A program made the translations under genes and the position numbers. Of a DNA stretch of 32,000 nucleotides, positions 27,591 to 32,000 are shown piece after piece. A model generated the notes under the pieces. It ran no database searches. It was not told the origin of the DNA and saw nothing but the letters and a program-made list of their open reading frames with translations. The first letter of the stretch is position 1. The number at the start of each line of letters is the position of its first letter. Origin of the DNA: Candidatus Kuenenia stuttgartensis (GTDB lineage: Bacteria; Planctomycetota; Brocadiia; Brocadiales; Brocadiaceae); assembly GCF_900232105.1 (NCBI RefSeq), contig NZ_LT934425.1, forward strand, positions 1,170,001-1,202,000, in the 5' to 3' direction.

Positions 27591-27732
27591 CACTTTAGTT
27601 TTTTGAAAAATTCCAATAATAGCGGTGTTTGCCGCATAGTGTAGGGGCGAAGCATTTGCTAAAATTGTCATAAATGCGTTCATGCCCAAACGGGCAAATG
27701 CTTCGCCCCTACTTTTTCAAAAAACTAAAGTG
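27591..27732. mobile_element. 142-bp MITE-like element with 20-bp perfect terminal inverted repeats and inner 18-bp inverted repeat
   Basis: TIRs cactttagttttttgaaaaa (27591-27610) and tttttcaaaaaactaaagtg (27713-27732); inner taggggcgaagcatttgc (27642-27659) and gcaaatgcttcgccccta (27694-27711). Confidence 0.8.
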
Positions 27733-29234
27733 TTACAATTATTTTGGAATGTCTGTTCCATTAAGTCTTCAATTGAATCGGGGCGGTGGCAAATCGCCAG
27801 AATTTGAAAGGCAAAAAATCCCGGCCAGATTCTTGCCAGCCGGAATGAAGTCATATCAAGAAAGGCAATGAGTTTTGAACTGCCGTTCATATCCAGCAAA
27901 GGAACCCCAAATCCCAAGATCTTTTCAACTTTGAATCCGGAGTTTTCAAGCAAACGGCGAAAGGAATTGACCGTCATGAGTCGTTTATGGGTTAAGTCAA
28001 GTATACCTCTCCTTCCATAATTAAAACTACCATAACAGAGCATCAACCGAAGAATAAAAAATGCAACATTACCAGTGCTTGCATATAATTTACCACCGCT
28101 TTTAAGAAAATTGAAAATTTCTTTAGTGCCTTTTTCAGGACAATTCAAATGCTCAAGAACGTCCAAAGAAAATGCAAAATCATATTTTTCTGCCGGAAAC
28201 TGACCTCCCCATGGTTCGTCAAGGTTCACTACATAATGTTTGAGAACATCACTTTGTACAGCATTACATTGGTCGATAACCGTTACGTCAACCCCCCGTT
28301 CCGCATGTGCCATTGAAACAGCTCCAATGGCGCCTCCGCCAATATCTAATAACGTTTTACCCTTTTCAATTGGAAGATTCCGAACATGGTAGTGCAGGGA
28401 ATTTTTTGCGGATTTACTGGTATATTGATACTGCATATCCGCCCTTACATCAAACTTAGGGTCATAAAAAATCTCGTAATTCATCAAACGATATTTAATA
28501 AGAGTCTTAATACAATTCCAGGCATAAGCTACACCATTTACGCGACAAACTTCATCTCCATAATACGTTGGGATGGGAATTTCCTTTATTTTAAAACCGG
28601 CGGCATGAAATTGCACAATAATATCCGCATCGAAATCAAATCCCTGACTATTATAATTAAAAGGAATCTTACGAAGCGCTGATACCCGGTAAGAGCGGTA
28701 GCCGGAATGCATTTCAGACATCTGGCTCTTAAGCAAGGCGTTTTGTATTTTGGTGAGAATCCGATTACCTATCCATTTATACAACGGCATACGGCCTTTC
28801 AAGGCGCCGCCTCTCTGCAAAAAACGGCTGCCGAAAACGGCGTCTGTTTTTTCTGTATAAGCGGCTAATATATGGGGCAGGCTTTCGGGGGCATACTGGC
28901 CGTCACCGTGGAGAAGTACAACAATATCAAAACCTCTTTGGATGGCATAATTGTAACCAAGTTTTTGATTGCCGCCATACCCCTGATTATAAGGTGTTTG
29001 AAAAATTCGTAGCGGAGCAATTTCTCCTGACCACTGAATATTCTGTGCCTTGCTATATGTGTCGTCGGTGGACCGATCATCAATAATATAGATTTCCGCT
29101 AATTTCTCTGCAACCCATTTCGGTATACGATTAAGTACATCTTCGATATGTTGCTCTGCATTATAAGCAACAGTAAATACTGCCACACGATTGTTTTGAA
29201 GAACCTCTAATGCCAGTTGTTTAATATTATTCAT
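27717..29234 (-). CDS. Glycosyltransferase family 2 fused to class I SAM-dependent methyltransferase
   Basis: N-terminal 'AVFTVAYNAEQHIEDVLNRIPKWVAEKLAEIYIIDDRSTDDT ... VVLLHGDGQYAPE ... VFGSRFLQRGG'; C-terminal 'LLDIGGGAIGAVSMAHAERGVDVTVIDQ ... FAFSLDVLEHLNCPEKGTKEIFNFLKSGGKLYASTGN'. Confidence 0.88.
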   Translation of the reverse strand: MNNIKQLALEVLQNNRVAVFTVAYNAEQHIEDVLNRIPKWVAEKLAEIYIIDDRSTDDTYSKAQNIQWSGEIAPLRIFQTPYNQGYGGNQKLGYNYAIQRGFDIVVLLHGDGQYAPESLPHILAAYTEKTDAVFGSRFLQRGGALKGRMPLYKWIGNRILTKIQNALLKSQMSEMHSGYRSYRVSALRKIPFNYNSQGFDFDADIIVQFHAAGFKIKEIPIPTYYGDEVCRVNGVAYAWNCIKTLIKYRLMNYEIFYDPKFDVRADMQYQYTSKSAKNSLHYHVRNLPIEKGKTLLDIGGGAIGAVSMAHAERGVDVTVIDQCNAVQSDVLKHYVVNLDEPWGGQFPAEKYDFAFSLDVLEHLNCPEKGTKEIFNFLKSGGKLYASTGNVAFFILRLMLCYGSFNYGRRGILDLTHKRLMTVNSFRRLLENSGFKVEKILGFGVPLLDMNGSSKLIAFLDMTSFRLARIWPGFFAFQILAICHRPDSIEDLMEQTFQNNCNTLVF

Positions 29235-29319
29235 TAGCCATGCTCAATCAGACGGGAACCACGGATTTCGGCTCAAATTGTTAAACTTTAGTTTTTTGCA
29301 AAAATAGGGGCTAGTATAA

Positions 29320-29458
29320 CGTTTCATTAAAATACCTACATTGATACAGTCGTTGCGAGCGACAGCGAAGCAATCTTAAGTCTTTTGGGAACAAGAGATT
29401 GCTTCGTCGCTCCACTACTCGCAATGACATTTTTTTACGTACACATTTTAACGAAACG
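29320..29458. mobile_element. Second MITE-like nested palindrome, about 139 bp
   Basis: Outer imperfect inverted repeat cgtttcattaaaat (29320-29333) / attttaacgaaacg (29445-29458); inner cgttgcgagcgacagcgaagcaatct (29351-29376) / agattgcttcgtcgctccactactcgcaatg (29396-29426). Confidence 0.65.
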
Positions 29459-29861
29459 ATGAACTAGGCATTTGCCAGTTTGGGTATGAACGCTTTTATG
29501 ACAATTTATAGCAGATGATTCACCTCTACAATATACGGCAAACATCGAGATTGTTGGAATTTTTTAAAAAAACAAAGTATTACTAAAAAAAGCACTTCGT
29601 GGGTTATGGATTTACATTTTATGAGCATCTCGAGTATCGTTAAATTGCTCGCTCATAAGGGACATGCCCCAAAACTTTAGCTGCATATAAGTCTTGGGTA
29701 TGATGTATATGCGCCTCACATTTAAATTATGCAACCTTTAACGGATGTTCACCCCTGCCAAAACGCATAAGTGCTTAATAAATAGTTGGTTAAGGCTGTA
29801 TTTTTAATAAATATGTAGTCACTAATATATTGTTATTATCCGACAATATACTTGACTGATA

Positions 29862-30398
29862 ATGGTTGTTATCTGTACAATGGTGGACATGCATATTGTA
29901 GAGAACAAGTCAAAATCCGGTAAAAAAATCTATCGATCTACCCTTCTGCGGGAATCGTACCGTGAGGATGGGAAGGTCAAGAAACGTACCATTGCGAATC
30001 TGTCGAATTGCACTCCCCTGGAGATTGAAGCGATAAGACTTGCACTCGCACATAAAGACGATCTCTGTGCATTGGGCGCATTGTCAGAATCGGTGAAACT
30101 CCATGAGGGTTTGTCTGTGGGAGCAGCGTGGAGCGTGTACCAAGTGGCAAAGGAATTAGGGATAGAAGAGGCATTGGGAAAGGACTTTGAAGGAAAGCTG
30201 GCGCTTTGGCAAGTAATGGCAAGGGTAATAGGCCAGGGGTCAAGACTGTCTGCAGTAAGGCTGGCGCAGATACATGCTGCGGGTGACGTCCTGGATATGA
30301 AGCGTGGGTTTGACGAGAACAATCTGTACGATAATTTGTCATGGTTGTCAGAGAATCAGGCAAAGATAGAGCGAAAGCTGTTTGAGTTAAGATGCTAA
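29862..30398 (+). pseudogene. IS1634-family (IS4 superfamily) transposase, N-terminal fragment
   Basis: 'MHIVENKSKSGKKIYRSTLLRESYREDGKVKKRTIANLSNCTPLEIEAIRLAL ... LALWQVMARVIGQGSRLSAVRLAQIHA ... NLYDNLSWLSENQAKIERKLFELR' then abrupt loss of similarity and stop. Confidence 0.85.
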
Positions 30399-30430
30399 GC
30401 CCCACAATAAATGAACCTGGAATTCTCAGA

Positions 30431-30733
30431 TTAAGTGGAATTAATATATTGAGGTAAAACGGATTTTAGCAGATAGACAGCATCTGGGAAAGAGGAGTTG
30501 GAATCTACCATGACGATGTCGATGGTATTAAAGTTTTTTTTACAACGGAAACACCTGGCGAGGTTCGTATTTGGGTTGGTGGCGGAATTAAATTCAGAAC
30601 AGAGAGGGCAGAGGAAGCGGAAATAGCCTTCGGAGTATTTATGAGGTATGGAGAGGACATCAGCGATGAGTCGATCGATGGGGATATCGTTTCGTAATGA
30701 GCGCAAGAGTTGAGGGGAAAAGAGACGGGCCAT
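30431..30733 (-). CDS. Small CHC2-type zinc-finger protein (DnaG-like zinc-binding domain)
   Basis: 'IPIDRLIADVLSIPHKYSEGYFRFLCPLCSEFNSATNPNTNLARCFRCKKNFNTIDIVM': CPLC...CFRC with the primase CHC2 context, 100 aa. Confidence 0.8.
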   Translation of the reverse strand: MARLFSPQLLRSLRNDIPIDRLIADVLSIPHKYSEGYFRFLCPLCSEFNSATNPNTNLARCFRCKKNFNTIDIVMVDSNSSFPDAVYLLKSVLPQYINST

Positions 30734-30744
30734 GGTAGACCTCC

Positions 30745-31536
30745 TTAAAAAGATTGAATTTCAGCAAGAGCCTGATGGAAGATATCCTGGGTAATTTTCT
30801 GTGATTGTCTGATGGAAGCGTTAATCAGGCAGGCGGTGGAAATGGCGTTGATTTGCCTTGGGATGCCGGCGGAGAACTCATGGATCAGGTCTTTGACGTC
30901 TGAGTCAAAGATTTTATCGGATGCGCCGGAAGATTTCAGATGGAAGTCTATGTATGCAGCGGTTTGAGTTTTAGTAAGGGGATGAATGTGGTAATGTACC
31001 GAGATGCGTTGTGCGAAGTCGGCATGGATGTCTCTTTTGAGGATATATTTGAGGTGTTCCTGTCCCGAGAGGATGATTTTGAGATGAGTGGAAGAATCAA
31101 GCGGAGAGCTGACAAGGAGTCTGAGGTCTGTGATGGCGTCGGTTTTCAGGAGATGAGCCTCGTCGATAACGATAATGGGAGTGAGATTTGAGCGCAAGGA
31201 TTTATCCATAATTTGGAGGAAGAGCCGGTCTTTGGTGTGTTTTGGTATTTCACCGAGCTGGGAGACGATTAAGGAGAGAAGGCTGGATGATTTTAGGTGG
31301 GTAAAATGGAGGTAGATGGGGAGAAACAGGTTTTGGGGGATTTGTGAGAGGAAGAGTTTGAGGAGTGTGGATTTTCCGACTCCCGTCTGTCCGTAGAGGA
31401 CGGCGATAGAGCCTGAGTGTAAGAGGTATTGGAGTCGTGCAAGCCCCTGGGTAAAGCGTTCGTCTTTCATGATAAGGCTGGTGTTGATTCTTTCAGAGAA
31501 CGGCTGAGTAGTCATGGAAAAATGAGAAGTAAACAT
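30745..31536 (-). CDS. ExeA/TniB/TnsC-like AAA ATPase
   Basis: 'HFSMTTQPFSERI', Walker A 'VLYGQTGVGKSTLLKLF', Walker B 'TPIIVIDEAHLLK', 'KIILSGQEHLKYIL', 'FSAGIPRQINAISTACLINA'. Confidence 0.88.
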   Translation of the reverse strand: MFTSHFSMTTQPFSERINTSLIMKDERFTQGLARLQYLLHSGSIAVLYGQTGVGKSTLLKLFLSQIPQNLFLPIYLHFTHLKSSSLLSLIVSQLGEIPKHTKDRLFLQIMDKSLRSNLTPIIVIDEAHLLKTDAITDLRLLVSSPLDSSTHLKIILSGQEHLKYILKRDIHADFAQRISVHYHIHPLTKTQTAAYIDFHLKSSGASDKIFDSDVKDLIHEFSAGIPRQINAISTACLINASIRQSQKITQDIFHQALAEIQSF

Positions 31537-31538
31537 GG

Positions 31539-32000
31539 TTAAGAGACCTCCTTTTTCGAGTAAGCGATTTGTAATTCACGAATGATATAGGGTAAGGTTT
31601 TCACGGAGGCATTTTGGAATGCCTCCGTGAGCAATGATTCGTTGAGAGCGGGGATACGGTTGTAGCATTTTTTAAGCGATTCGAGTTCATGAGAGCTGAA
31701 GGCGGAGAGAGAGCCTTTGTGTCCCATGAGGAGTGCGAGTTTCTGGACGAATGCCATGAATGGCCAGGGTCGTTCGGAGATGATTTGGTGGTAATCAATG
31801 CCTTTGGCCTGAGCCTGGAGAATGGATTTGTGTTTCTGAGTGATAAGGTCGAGGTAATTATGTTTTGGTTTTGAAGGTGAGGCGGCTGGAGTTTCAGCGC
31901 CCTGGTCGCGCAGGTAGAGATTTCCCGAGCCGAGGTATTCACCGTTTGCGGAATAGATCAAGACCTTTTTGAGATCGCCGTATGGGTCGTAACGGACTTC
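31539..32000 (-). CDS. C-terminal part of Mu/TnsB-like DDE transposase (continues beyond window)
   Basis: Open to the window edge on the minus strand: 'EVRYDPYGDLKKVLIYSANGEYLGSGNLYLRDQGAETPAASPSKPKHNYLDLITQKHKSILQAQAKGIDYHQII...' is a Mu-transposase C-terminal beta-barrel-like segment; it stops 2 nt before the ATPase ATG. Confidence 0.65.
   Translation of the reverse strand, partial: EVRYDPYGDLKKVLIYSANGEYLGSGNLYLRDQGAETPAASPSKPKHNYLDLITQKHKSILQAQAKGIDYHQIISERPWPFMAFVQKLALLMGHKGSLSAFSSHELESLKKCYNRIPALNESLLTEAFQNASVKTLPYIIRELQIAYSKKEVS

Larger units (their letters stand above)
30393..32000. mobile_element. Partial Mu/Tn7-like transposon (right-edge truncated by window)
   Basis: Three tandem minus-strand genes (DDE transposase C-terminus, AAA ATPase, CHC2 zinc-finger protein) starting exactly where the IS1634 ORF is broken; candidate end begins 5'-TGCTAAGCCCC with two TGGAATT repeats 18 bp apart. 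Confidence 0.6.

Overview
This 32 kb bacterial chromosomal window looks like an anammox or planctomycete-type genome; that assignment is inference only. The central part (about 3.3-23.7 kb) is mostly ordinary housekeeping: FetAB-like ABC exporter, two-subunit xanthine dehydrogenase-like enzyme, Mfd, flagellin, ThiL, TsaE, cold-shock protein, a degenerate receiver protein, Uup-type ABC-F ATPase, AI-2E/PerM permease, CBS protein and an HlyD-type adaptor. The flanks are mobile or decaying DNA. The left flank has an IS4-family transposase and an IS110-family element with a structured upstream non-coding region. The stretch 23.7-27.6 kb is a graveyard of gene fragments: DUF4258 remnant, crotonase C-terminus, NYN N-terminus, frameshifted ISAzo13 remnant, broken group II intron RT and a LamG-domain fragment. 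Two roughly 140 bp nested-palindrome MITE-like elements surround a GT2-methyltransferase fusion gene. The most interesting feature is at the right edge: a three-gene Mu/Tn7-like module (C-terminus of a DDE transposase, ExeA/TnsC-like AAA ATPase, small CHC2 zinc-finger protein) that appears to have inserted into an IS1634-type transposase gene. A dispersed roughly 40 bp palindromic intergenic repeat occurs four times. No CRISPR array, tRNA or rRNA was recognised.
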